Origin: Candidatus Saccharimonadota bacterium | GTDB lineage: Bacteria; Patescibacteriota; Microgenomatia; UBA1406; GWC2-37-13 | Direction of reading: 5' to 3' | NCBI GenBank assembly: GCA_001790095.1 | Contig: MGBH01000001.1 | Location: 450,001 to 482,000, forward strand | Length of the DNA stretch: 32,000 nucleotides | Part shown: positions 1-8,177 of the stretch, piece after piece | Numbering within the stretch: position 1 is the first letter of the stretch | How the letters are laid out: the number at the start of each line of letters is the position of its first letter | Notes under the pieces: generated by a model | What the model saw: the letters and a program-made list of their open reading frames with translations, nothing else | What the model was told of the DNA's origin: nothing | The model's database searches: none | Translations under genes and position numbers: made by a program

Positions 1-1
1 T

Positions 2-340
2 TGGAACAAGGGTTTTATTCTTCCTTCTGATCTTATTACTTTTTTTGTTGCATCATTAACTCTAGCTTTAGTTTTTTATATAATCCTACCCTTATCCAAA
101 ATTATTTTGCTTCCCCTTAACATTATCACCCTTGGACTCGTTACATTTGTGGTTTACTTAGTTATTCTTCACTTTAGTGGAGCAAGTCTTCACTTATTTG
201 AAATAACAGAATGGAACTTTCAAGGCTTAAATATTGCTTTTATTTCCATTCCAAAGATGCATATTTCTTATTTAGGAAATTTGGTTTTGTCTTCTGTATC
301 AATATCAAGTATAATAAATGTATTTGAGCAATTGCTTTAG
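2..340 (+). CDS. DUF360 / phage-holin-superfamily-IV-like 4-TM membrane protein (5' partial, runs off window start)
   Basis: Frame 2 is open from nt 2 to TAG 338-340. The segment LPLNIITLGLVTFVVYLVIL matches the hallmark LPxNIxTLGLFxFVxN stretch of YvlD/DUF360 proteins. Lies 6 nt upstream of secG. Confidence 0.55.
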   Translation, partial: WNKGFILPSDLITFFVASLTLALVFYIILPLSKIILLPLNIITLGLVTFVVYLVILHFSGASLHLFEITEWNFQGLNIAFISIPKMHISYLGNLVLSSVSISSIINVFEQLL

Positions 341-346
341 GTCTTT

Positions 347-565
347 ATGAAAAATGTATTAATTATTATCAACATCGTTGTTTCTATCGTCATTGTTGCG
401 CTTATCTTGATGCAGGGAAGAGGTGCTGGCTTAGGAAGCGCATGGGGCGGAGGGGGAGAGATGTTTGCCACACGAAGAGGAATTGAAAAAGTAACTCTGC
501 GTATAACAGTTCTTTGTATTATTTTGTTTTTCATCATATCTCTCATTAGTTTTTTTATAAAATAA
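347..565 (+). CDS. secG: preprotein translocase subunit SecG
   Basis: 72 aa with two TM segments. The central motif LMQGRGAGLGSAWGGGGEMFATRRGIEK is the SecG signature (Q.gkg.GlgsafGgg...fg.rg). Confidence 0.85.
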   Translation: MKNVLIIINIVVSIVIVALILMQGRGAGLGSAWGGGGEMFATRRGIEKVTLRITVLCIILFFIISLISFFIK

Positions 566-571
566 CCCGTC

Positions 572-1936
572 ATGACGAGAGGGAATATAAGCATCCGGTA
601 CTATTACTGGCTTAGCATAGAATTTGTAAAGAAACACTCAAAACTCATTTTTTTAAGTGCGCTTATTTCTACGATTTTTATTGTAAGCTCTATCACTATT
701 TCTCCCTACTTGATAACCTTACTATCACCTCAAAATACGGTCGTTGGTATGGTTGGTTCTTACACTATTGACACCTTGCCAGAGGAAGTTTTATCTAAAG
801 TCTCAAATGGACTTGTCTATATTAATGAGAGTGGAAAGATCGTACCGATACTTGCCGAATCATGGGAATTGTTAAAAGGTGGAAATACGTATCGATTCCA
901 TTTAAAAAAAAATGTCTTGCTTGACGATGGGTCGTTTTTTGTAGCAAAAGATATTAATTATTCGTTCAAAGACGTGGAAGTACAAGTAGTGGGTGATTAT
1001 GTGATTGAATTTACCTTAAAAAAACCTCTTGCCACTTTTCCCATTTATTTGACAAAACCTGTTATTAAATATCCATATATTGGAATAGGCGGGTTATACA
1101 AAGTCAATCGCATGAAGCAAAAATACGACAAAATATCAGAGATTAGTCTCACTCCAAACAAGAAGGATCTTCCTAGACTAACCTACAAATTTTTCGCTAA
1201 TGAGCTGGAGATGATAAGCGCTTATAAGCTTGGACAAATAAGTCAATTCACGATACAAAAAAAAAGCGTGGCAGATGTTTTTCTCTCGTGGAAAAATACA
1301 AAAGTGGAAAAAATAGTCGACTATTCGAATCTACTTACCCTTTTTTTTAACTTTAACAACCCATTTCTTAAAGAAAAAGAGGTTCGATCCGCCATTGAAT
1401 TAAGTATAGATCGAAGTAAATTTGCAGAGGTAGGAGTAATGGCTAAAAGTTCAATACCTCCCTCATCCTGGGCCTACAATAAAGATTTGAAAGATCAGGT
1501 GTTTGATAAAGAACTTGCGCAAAAGATAATACGAAAGTACAAAACCGGTACTGATTCGGCAAAACTTAATTTTAATACTTTCTACGACTATCTTGATATT
1601 GGGGGCGATATAAATAGCAGTCTCAATGATATAGGAATCTCAACCAACCTTAATGTCATTTCTTATTCTAATTCTAATGATTTTGACGTCATGCTTGCGT
1701 TTCTCAAAATTCCAACTGATCCGGACCAATACTATTACTGGCACTCAACTCAAAATTTATCAACTCTTACTGGGTATCGAAACCTTAAGGTAGATAAGCT
1801 GCTTGAAGAAGGAAGAGGAAGTTTTGATCAAGGCGATAGAATAAAATATTATATGGATCTGCAGAAAAACCTAGACGAAGATAATGCAGCAGTATTTTTA
1901 TACTTCCCCTACTCATATACTATAAAACGGAAGTAA
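572..1936 (+). CDS. ABC-transporter family-5 (peptide/nickel type) solute-binding protein-like, N-terminal membrane anchor, no cognate permease or ATPase in window
   Basis: The motif ILAESWELLKGGNTYRFHLKKNVLLDDGSFFVAKDINYSF matches the SBP_bac_5 core (lAesWe.s.dg.tytF.Lrk.v.f.DG.p..a.Dv.ys). N-terminal hydrophobic helix present. ATG start, TAA stop at 1934-1936. Confidence 0.7.
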   Translation: MTRGNISIRYYYWLSIEFVKKHSKLIFLSALISTIFIVSSITISPYLITLLSPQNTVVGMVGSYTIDTLPEEVLSKVSNGLVYINESGKIVPILAESWELLKGGNTYRFHLKKNVLLDDGSFFVAKDINYSFKDVEVQVVGDYVIEFTLKKPLATFPIYLTKPVIKYPYIGIGGLYKVNRMKQKYDKISEISLTPNKKDLPRLTYKFFANELEMISAYKLGQISQFTIQKKSVADVFLSWKNTKVEKIVDYSNLLTLFFNFNNPFLKEKEVRSAIELSIDRSKFAEVGVMAKSSIPPSSWAYNKDLKDQVFDKELAQKIIRKYKTGTDSAKLNFNTFYDYLDIGGDINSSLNDIGISTNLNVISYSNSNDFDVMLAFLKIPTDPDQYYYWHSTQNLSTLTGYRNLKVDKLLEEGRGSFDQGDRIKYYMDLQKNLDEDNAAVFLYFPYSYTIKRK

Positions 1937-1955
1937 TTGTTATAATCGTATAAAT

Positions 1956-2036
1956 GCCCGGGTGGTGAAATGGCATACACGCAGGACTTAAAATCCTGTG
2001 ACGAAAGTCGTGAGGGTCCGACTCCCTCCCCGGGCA
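1956..2036 (+). tRNA. tRNA-Leu (anticodon TAA), type II with long variable arm; CCA not encoded
   Basis: Hand-folded cloverleaf. Acceptor GCCCGGG/CCCGGGC, anticodon stem CAGGA/TCCTG with loop CTTAAAA, variable arm TGACGAAAGTCGT, T stem GAGGG/CCCTC. The T-loop reads TCCGACT, which is unusual (see findings). Confidence 0.88.
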
Positions 2037-2045
2037 CAACACAAT

Positions 2046-2062
2046 AAATTGCTGCGCAATTT
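2046..2062. terminator. short hairpin between convergent tRNA-Leu and NUDIX gene (possible bidirectional terminator)
   Basis: AAATTGC-tgc-GCAATTT forms a 7-bp stem. There is no clear U-tract, so support is weak. Confidence 0.25.
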
Positions 2063-2079
2063 GAGCGCTGTTGAAACGC

Positions 2080-2523
2080 TTAAACCAAGGGTTTATTGCG
2101 TTTCACTTCGAGAAGTTTTGACGCTTCCAGCGCAATATCGTAGGCAAGAGGAAGAGTTTTCAAATTTTTTATTTCCTCGATAGTAAACCAATCAAAAGCC
2201 ATGGCTTCATGATTCAGAATAATGGGTTTGTCTAAAGAAGTAAGCTCACATATATAACATATAAGAAGACCGTGCCATGTATGTCTCAAGGGAGAAAATA
2301 TGCGTGGAATAAGATCTTTAATCGTAATTTCAACCTGAAGTTCTTCTTTAACTTCTCTTTTTAAAGCAGTTATTGGATCTTCGCCAAACTCGATCCCTCC
2401 GCCTGGAAAGTTCCAACAATGCCCAAAAGATTTATCTTCAATATCAATTTCCTTTCTCTTGGTTAACAAAAATCTATCTTTATTGTGAATGACCGCTATG
2501 GCAACAGGAACAATTTTATTCAT
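2080..2523 (-). CDS. NUDIX hydrolase (MutT-like)
   Basis: Complete Nudix box GGGIEFGEDPITALKREVKEELQVE (GX5EX7REUXEEXGU). 147 aa. The ATG lies 4 nt downstream of the tRNA-Arg 3' end. Confidence 0.88.
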   Translation of the reverse strand: MNKIVPVAIAVIHNKDRFLLTKRKEIDIEDKSFGHCWNFPGGGIEFGEDPITALKREVKEELQVEITIKDLIPRIFSPLRHTWHGLLICYICELTSLDKPIILNHEAMAFDWFTIEEIKNLKTLPLAYDIALEASKLLEVKRNKPLV

Positions 2524-2527
2524 GGTG

Positions 2528-2601
2528 TGACCCGGGTGAGACTTGAACTCACAACCTACTCCTTAGAAGGGAGTTGCTCTATCCAATTGAGCTACCAGGT
2601 C
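2528..2601 (-). tRNA. tRNA-Arg (anticodon TCT)
   Basis: The reverse complement folds as GACCTGG / GCTC-AATTGGATA-GAGC / ACTCC-CTTCTAA-GGAGT / AGGTT / GTGAG-TTCAAGT-CTCAC / CCGGGTC-A. Confidence 0.9.
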
Positions 2602-2608
2602 AGTCTTG

Positions 2609-2680
2609 AGCCTGGACGCGGATTTGGACCGCGGACCTGCTGTTTACAAAACAGCTGCTCTACCGCTGAGCTATCCAGGC
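2609..2680 (-). tRNA. tRNA-Thr (anticodon TGT)
   Basis: The reverse complement folds as GCCTGGA / GCTC-AGCGGTA-GAGC / GCTGT-TTTGTAA-ACAGC / AGGTC / CGCGG-TCCAAAT-CCGCG / TCCAGGC-T. The T-loop has C where U55 is expected. Confidence 0.85.
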
Positions 2681-2693
2681 TATAACAACAAGG

Positions 2694-2774
2694 TGCCCGG
2701 GAGAGGACTTGAACCTCCACGGATTGCTCCACAGCCTCCTCAAGACTGCGCGTATACCATTTCGCCACCCGGGC
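2694..2774 (-). tRNA. tRNA-Leu (anticodon GAG), type II
   Basis: The reverse complement folds as GCCCGGG...CAGTC-TTGAGGA-GGCTG, long variable arm TGGAGCAATCCGTG, T arm GGAGG-TTCAAGT-CCTCT, acceptor CCCGGGC-A. Confidence 0.9.
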
Positions 2775-2784
2775 CGTATAGTTT

Positions 2785-2850
2785 AAATCAGTTAAAATCA
2801 GATTTTGCACAATACAATTTTTACCTATTTTAACTGATTTCAACTGATTT
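2785..2850. repeat. inverted repeat built from four copies of an AATCAG/CTGATT 9-mer, between ruvB stop and the tRNA cluster
   Basis: Left arm AAATCAGTTAAAATCAG (2785-2801) is complementary to right arm CTGATTTCAACTGATTT (2834-2850), 16 of 17 positions, with a 32-nt AT-rich loop. Confidence 0.6.
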
Positions 2851-2871
2851 TAACCGCATTGTAAGATTATA

Positions 2872-3864
2872 TCAAACCAGCCTCTCTTGTTCTAATGGTT
2901 TTTCGGAGTTTTTAATCTTTAGATGTTTTAATGCTTTGGGTGTTAAAATTCTACCACGTGGGGTTTTTTTGATAAGGTTAAGCTGAAGAAGATATGGTTC
3001 AATAAACTCTTCAACTGTCTGACGATCTTCAGAAAGAGAAAGTGATATGGTTTCGATACCTGTTGGAATATTCTGATATTTATCTCCAACTAAACGCAAA
3101 TACTTAATGTCAATGTCAGTAAGTCCCATTTCGTCAATCCCGAGCAGGATAAATAGTTCATCTAAAAGATTGTTTGTAATTGATTTGTATTTATTTACCT
3201 CAATTACATCACGTGCTCGTTTTAAGATACGATTTGCAATCCGGGGCGTCCGTCTAGATCGTTTAGCTATATGATGTGCTGAAGTCTCATCAAGGGGTAC
3301 ATTGAGGATTGAGGCCGCTCTTTTTATGATCAAAATCATCTCATCTTCATTATAAAAATCAAGGCGCAGGATAAGCCCAAATCTGTCTCTCAGGGGTCCA
3401 GATAAAAGAGCAAGTTTTGTCGTTGCACCAACTATGGTGATCTTAGGGATTGGCAAGCGGACAGTGCGCGCACTAGGACCTTTGCCTATGATTATATCCA
3501 GCGCATAATCCTCAATTACAGGATAGAGCATCTCCTCAACTGCTTTTGGTAATCTATGGATCTCGTCAATAAATAAAATGTCGTTTTGTTTTAAGTTAGT
3601 AAGTATTGCAGCTAAATCTCCAACTTTGGTAATCGCCGCACCTGATGTAATCTTTATGTCTCCTTTTAATTCATTGGCAACGATAAAAGCAAGAGTAGTC
3701 TTCCCGATACCAGGTGGGCCATATAGCAGTATATGTTCAGACGCAATACCTCGTTTATTTACCGCATCAAGAAAGAGTTTAAGGGTCCTAACTACTTTTT
3801 GCTGCCCAATGTACTCGTTAAGCTTATGTGGTCTCAAATTAAGGTCATTTTTTTTGTTTTCCAT
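2872..3864 (-). CDS. ruvB: Holliday junction branch-migration ATPase RuvB
   Basis: LRPHKLNEYIGQ, Walker A GPPGIGKTT, FIDEIHRL and the RTPRIANRILKR sensor region are typical RuvB. 330 aa. Confidence 0.95.
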   Translation of the reverse strand: MENKKNDLNLRPHKLNEYIGQQKVVRTLKLFLDAVNKRGIASEHILLYGPPGIGKTTLAFIVANELKGDIKITSGAAITKVGDLAAILTNLKQNDILFIDEIHRLPKAVEEMLYPVIEDYALDIIIGKGPSARTVRLPIPKITIVGATTKLALLSGPLRDRFGLILRLDFYNEDEMILIIKRAASILNVPLDETSAHHIAKRSRRTPRIANRILKRARDVIEVNKYKSITNNLLDELFILLGIDEMGLTDIDIKYLRLVGDKYQNIPTGIETISLSLSEDRQTVEEFIEPYLLQLNLIKKTPRGRILTPKALKHLKIKNSEKPLEQERLV

Positions 3865-3875
3865 AAGATCTACAA

Positions 3876-4463
3876 TTATTTCTTTTGCACTGTAAGTTTG
3901 AGTGCATGTTTAATCTTATCTTCAATACTTAAGTTGTTTGGAAGTCTTTGAAATAGGGTTTTTGCCTCATGTGTTTTATACCCAAGAGCAACAAGCGCAT
4001 CAATTACTATTTTGTCCTCATCTGAAAGCTGAACGCGATCAAACTTAAATTCTGACTTGATTTTTTGAGAAAGTTCAAGAATGATTTTCATAGCAGTTTT
4101 TTTCCCAAGGCCAGGAACTTGTGTAAAATAATCTATATTATTCTCTTTAACTGCAGTAAATAAATCGCTAGTTATTGTGTTTGAAACCACGCTAAAAGCC
4201 GTTTTGGGACCAACACCCGGAACTGTTAGCAACAGTTTAAAAAAATGATGCTCATCTTTTTCCTTAAAGCCAAAAAGCACAAAAGCATCATCGCGTACCT
4301 GTAAATACGTAAAGACTTCAACTTCGTGCCCCACTGTAACTGTTGAAAGAAGACGACTAGTCAAATAAAGCTCATATGACACCCCACCACTTGTTTCAAT
4401 CAATCCTACACTGTTTTCAATAGATGTAAGAGTTCCTTTTATTTTTCCAATCATATTGCTCAT
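3876..4463 (-). CDS. ruvA: Holliday junction DNA-binding protein RuvA
   Basis: MIGKIKGTL...GVSYELY N-terminal OB domain, two HhH motifs (LLTVPGVGPKTA, TQVPGLGKKTAMKI) and a C-terminal domain III. Lies 11 nt upstream of ruvB. Confidence 0.9.
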   Translation of the reverse strand: MSNMIGKIKGTLTSIENSVGLIETSGGVSYELYLTSRLLSTVTVGHEVEVFTYLQVRDDAFVLFGFKEKDEHHFFKLLLTVPGVGPKTAFSVVSNTITSDLFTAVKENNIDYFTQVPGLGKKTAMKIILELSQKIKSEFKFDRVQLSDEDKIVIDALVALGYKTHEAKTLFQRLPNNLSIEDKIKHALKLTVQKK

Positions 4464-4472
4464 TATACACCG

Positions 4473-5744
4473 TTATTTTCCAAGTTCATCTCTCTCAATT
4501 TGCCATAACCGATTGTATTTAGATACTCGTTCTCCTCTAGTCGGTGCCCCAAACTTTACAAACTCTGACTGAATACCAACAGCTAAATCGGCAATAAAAC
4601 TGTCGTTTGTCTCAGAAGACCGCGCTGCAACTATGTAGGTTAGATTGCTTCTGCGCGCTATATTTACCAGTTCCAAAACCTCAGTTATAGTGCCTATTTG
4701 GTTGGGCTTGATAAGAAAGCTTGTGCACGCATTTTCACGTATGACATAACCCAACCGATCTTTACTCATACGTATGTTTTCATCACCAATTACATAAATA
4801 TTTGATGAAATATGTCCGCTAAATTTCTTCCAACTATCCCAATCATCTTCGGCAAAAGGGTCTTCAAGAGCCAAAATAGAATAATTTTGGATAACACTTG
4901 AAAGAAAATCGATATATTCGTTTTTGTTAAGGGGATGATTTTTATCTTTGATAAGATACTGTCCATTTTTATAATAATGGCTTGCAGCCATATCAATTCC
5001 TAAAAAAATATCTAGTCCACATCTCATTTTTTTTTGAGTTATGGTCTCTGTCAATATTTCAAGAGCGTCTAAGTTGGTCGTCAGATTTGGACTGAACCCA
5101 CCCTCTTCACCGACGGCAGTTGTAGCGTTGCGATACTCAAGCACCTTTTTTAGTTCAAAAAAGATCTCAACGGCTTTTTGATAAGCTGTGCCAAACGTAA
5201 AAGAGGAGGAGGGAATTATCTGAAACTCTTGAAAATCAATCGTGCTGTTTGCATGAGCTCCTCCATTTATCGTATTAAATATGGGTGTCGGAATCTTCTC
5301 GAGCGGAATTTCTTCTTTATAGATAGACTGATACAGTTTATTTATATATTTAAAAAGAGGAGCTTGTTCCGAAAGTGCGGCCGCCTTCACTAAAAGTTGA
5401 GACACCGTAAGAATTGTGTTGACTCCGAGTCGAGATTTATTGCGCGTACCATCAGCTTGAGAAAGCCACATATCTATCTCCAGTTGTTTATGAACAGAGG
5501 CGCCCTTGATCTTTGGAGCAATGAGATCGTTTACGTACGATACCGCATGCGAAACTCCCATACCAGTAAAGCGGTTTGGGTCTTCATCGCGTAGATCCAC
5601 TGCTTCTTTGGTTGATTGGAAAATAGCACCGGGAACTGACGTTATCACATAACTATCGTTGTCCAGTGTAAGCCTTGCTTCAATGGTAGGATTGCCTTTT
5701 GAGTCTATGATCTCATAGGCATGTATATTTTTGATTGTTGACAT
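4473..5744 (-). CDS. eno: enolase (phosphopyruvate hydratase)
   Basis: The N-terminus I..I.AYEIIDSKGNPTIEA, the GGAHA, LIKPNQIGT and SETNDSFIADLAV motifs, and 423 aa all fit enolase. Confidence 0.95.
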   Translation of the reverse strand: MSTIKNIHAYEIIDSKGNPTIEARLTLDNDSYVITSVPGAIFQSTKEAVDLRDEDPNRFTGMGVSHAVSYVNDLIAPKIKGASVHKQLEIDMWLSQADGTRNKSRLGVNTILTVSQLLVKAAALSEQAPLFKYINKLYQSIYKEEIPLEKIPTPIFNTINGGAHANSTIDFQEFQIIPSSSFTFGTAYQKAVEIFFELKKVLEYRNATTAVGEEGGFSPNLTTNLDALEILTETITQKKMRCGLDIFLGIDMAASHYYKNGQYLIKDKNHPLNKNEYIDFLSSVIQNYSILALEDPFAEDDWDSWKKFSGHISSNIYVIGDENIRMSKDRLGYVIRENACTSFLIKPNQIGTITEVLELVNIARRSNLTYIVAARSSETNDSFIADLAVGIQSEFVKFGAPTRGERVSKYNRLWQIERDELGK

Positions 5745-5747
5745 AAA

Positions 5748-8090
5748 TCATTTACCTTTTTTTATGCTATCAAAGTGTTTTTTTTCTATATGATAGATAA
5801 GTTCACGTGTACGATCTACCGCATCCGGATTGACCGATACGCTTGTAATACCTGCTTTTACTAGGCGTTCAACTATGTCTGGATAGTCAGATGCCGCTTG
5901 TCCACAGATGGAAGAGGTAATACCATATTTGGTAGCCGTGGATACGATATATTCCAAGACTTGGACTATGGCAGGATTACGCTCATCATAGACGTTTGCA
6001 ACTTCTTGATTGTCACGATCTACTCCCAAAAGCATCATAGTAAGGTCGTTTGTCCCGATTGAAACTCCGCTAATACCAACCTTGATAAACTCTTCCAGAT
6101 TCAAAGCGCAGTAGGGCACCTCGACCATGATCAACAATCGAAATCCTTGATAGTTTAATAGGCCGGATTTCTTGACAATTTCCTTAATCTGTATGATTTC
6201 CCACGGGACTCGCACAAATGGAATCATGAGATGTAGATTTGTGTAACCCATGTCCCATATCTTTTTAATTGCTTCAAGTTCAAGCTGGAACTCATGGGGA
6301 TCTGCTATATAACGACTTGCTCCTCTAAATCCTATCATAGGATTTTCTTCATGGGGTTCATAGTATTGACCTCCTTTAAGATGTCTATATTCATTGGTTT
6401 TAAAATCAGTGGCTCGATAGACGATAGGTCGAGGACTAAAAGGTTTAACGAATTTAAGCAAATCAGTGGTCAATTTTTTTACATATATATGTTCCTGGTG
6501 GTGTTTAATAAACTCTTTTGGATGAGTACCAATGCCTGCGACCATAAACTCAGCTCGAAGAAGACCGATACCATCAGTATCAAGTTTGGCTACCTGAGAA
6601 GCGATCTCTGGTTCAGCAAGATTAACATATACTTTAGTTAGTGTTTTGTATTTATGTTTCGGTGCAGCAATTTTTTCTTTAGCCGCAATAGCCCTCATCT
6701 CAGAAAGAACGCTTCCTTTATATATCTCCCCGGCTTTTCCATCAACCGAAATAATCATTTGATTTTTTAACTTCTTAGTCGCTCCCTCAACTCCAACTAC
6801 TGCAGGAATACCAAGCTCTCGTGATACGATAGCGGCATGAGAGGTTCGACCGCCCTTTTCTGTCACGATCGCAACAGCTCTTTTCATAGCTGGAACATAG
6901 TCCGGATTAGTCTGAGGAGCAACAAGTACATCCCCTTTTTTCACTTTATCGATCTCTGAAGGTGAATGTATAATCTTTACCAGTCCGATTCCAATCCCAG
7001 GAGAGGCGGGCGATCCAGTTAAAAATGGATTTTTTTTTGTTCCTGCAAGAGCATCGGTTGACTTATTATTTGTTGTGGTAATAGGACGAGACTGGACCAC
7101 GAAAACTGTCTCGCCTTCAATGGCCCATTCAATATCTTGAGGAAAATAATAATGATCCTCTATCTGTTTGACAATAAGCGCCACTTCAACTATCTCTTTT
7201 TGCGATAATTTTTGCGTTGACCCCTCTTCTTTAAATAGTTTTATCTCTTTATTACCCATACTAGACCGAACATATTTTAAATTTTGGTACTTAATATCTT
7301 TAAGAAGGAGTACAAAAGACCGCTTATCAACTTCATAATGATCTGGGGTTACCTTTCCTTGTACAATATATTCTCCTAGTCCAAAAATCGCCTCTATGAC
7401 GATTTTCGTTTTATCGTTTGTAACCGGATCAATGCTAAAGGCAATACCTGATTTGTCAGATTGCACCATACGCTGTACCACAGCAGCAAGACCGACCTTA
7501 AAGTGATCAAACTTTTGTTCATGACGATAATAAATGGCGCGTGGGGTAAATAAAGACGCCCAACAGCGTTTCACGTAATCCAATAGGTGTGCTTCACCTT
7601 TAACATTGAGAAATGTTTCTTGTTGACCAGCAAAAGATGCTGTTGGCAAATCTTCAGCGGTTGCGGATGAACGTACTGCAACAAGTGGGGGATTGTAGAG
7701 ATGTTTTACTCTTGTTAATGCCTTACTTAATAGGTGCGAATTTTTATTAAAATAAGCATCCTCTTTCAGGGTAAGATTATCATAATAAACCAGTATTTCA
7801 TTTACTAAAGAATCAGACATGTTTGCCTTCATGATAAGGTCTTGAATATGTTTAGATGCCTGATGAAGCTCTGTTGCATTATCGAAGTTGATGAGTGAAA
7901 GGAATCCTTCGATCTTTTTTTCTAGTTTGTTGATCTTAATAAAATGAAAATATGCCTCGGATGTAATCACAAAGCCGTATGGAATTGGAAGGTGCGCTCT
8001 TGTCATCTCGCCAAGATTTGCACCCTTGCCTCCAACTAAGCCAACATCTTTTTTACCAACTTCTTCAAACCATACAATATTTTTTTTCAT
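5748..8090 (-). CDS. ppsA: phosphoenolpyruvate synthase (pyruvate, water dikinase)
   Basis: 780 aa. N-terminal ATP-grasp (VGGKGANLGEM), phosphohistidine swivel motif GGRTSHAAIVSRELGIPAVVG and a C-terminal PEP-utilising TIM barrel (SIGTNDLTM). Stop is 3 nt before the eno start. Confidence 0.9.
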   Translation of the reverse strand: MKKNIVWFEEVGKKDVGLVGGKGANLGEMTRAHLPIPYGFVITSEAYFHFIKINKLEKKIEGFLSLINFDNATELHQASKHIQDLIMKANMSDSLVNEILVYYDNLTLKEDAYFNKNSHLLSKALTRVKHLYNPPLVAVRSSATAEDLPTASFAGQQETFLNVKGEAHLLDYVKRCWASLFTPRAIYYRHEQKFDHFKVGLAAVVQRMVQSDKSGIAFSIDPVTNDKTKIVIEAIFGLGEYIVQGKVTPDHYEVDKRSFVLLLKDIKYQNLKYVRSSMGNKEIKLFKEEGSTQKLSQKEIVEVALIVKQIEDHYYFPQDIEWAIEGETVFVVQSRPITTTNNKSTDALAGTKKNPFLTGSPASPGIGIGLVKIIHSPSEIDKVKKGDVLVAPQTNPDYVPAMKRAVAIVTEKGGRTSHAAIVSRELGIPAVVGVEGATKKLKNQMIISVDGKAGEIYKGSVLSEMRAIAAKEKIAAPKHKYKTLTKVYVNLAEPEIASQVAKLDTDGIGLLRAEFMVAGIGTHPKEFIKHHQEHIYVKKLTTDLLKFVKPFSPRPIVYRATDFKTNEYRHLKGGQYYEPHEENPMIGFRGASRYIADPHEFQLELEAIKKIWDMGYTNLHLMIPFVRVPWEIIQIKEIVKKSGLLNYQGFRLLIMVEVPYCALNLEEFIKVGISGVSIGTNDLTMMLLGVDRDNQEVANVYDERNPAIVQVLEYIVSTATKYGITSSICGQAASDYPDIVERLVKAGITSVSVNPDAVDRTRELIYHIEKKHFDSIKKGK

Positions 8091-8098
8091 ATAATTTA

Positions 8099-8128
8099 AC
8101 TATACACAAAAAATCTATTTGTTTGCAA
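8099..8128 (-). promoter_or_regulatory. candidate sigma70-type promoter of the ppsA-eno-ruvAB operon
   Basis: On the minus strand: TTGCAA (8123-8128), 18-nt spacer, TATAGT (8099-8104), then 8 nt to the ppsA ATG. No SD. Confidence 0.45.
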
Positions 8129-8148
8129 CTAGGATTTTTAAATATCGC

Positions 8149-8177
8149 TTGACATCGGTTTTTGCCTATGGTACTAT
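8149..8177 (+). promoter_or_regulatory. candidate promoter of the tRNA-Ala/23S rRNA transcription unit
   Basis: TTGACA (8149-8154), 17-nt spacer, TACTAT (8172-8177). Divergent from and back-to-back with the ppsA promoter. Confidence 0.5.

Noticed and set aside
337-637. Minus-strand ORFs 337-594 and 431-637
   Set aside because: They are antisense to secG and the start of the solute-binding protein gene. secG is identified by its signature motif, so these are shadow ORFs.
1998-2843. ORFs 1998-2183, 2485-2685, 2592-2843 and 2606-2833
   Set aside because: They overlap tRNA-Leu(TAA), the tRNA-Arg/Thr/Leu cluster or the antisense strand of the NUDIX gene. Their translations are simply tRNA sequences read as protein.
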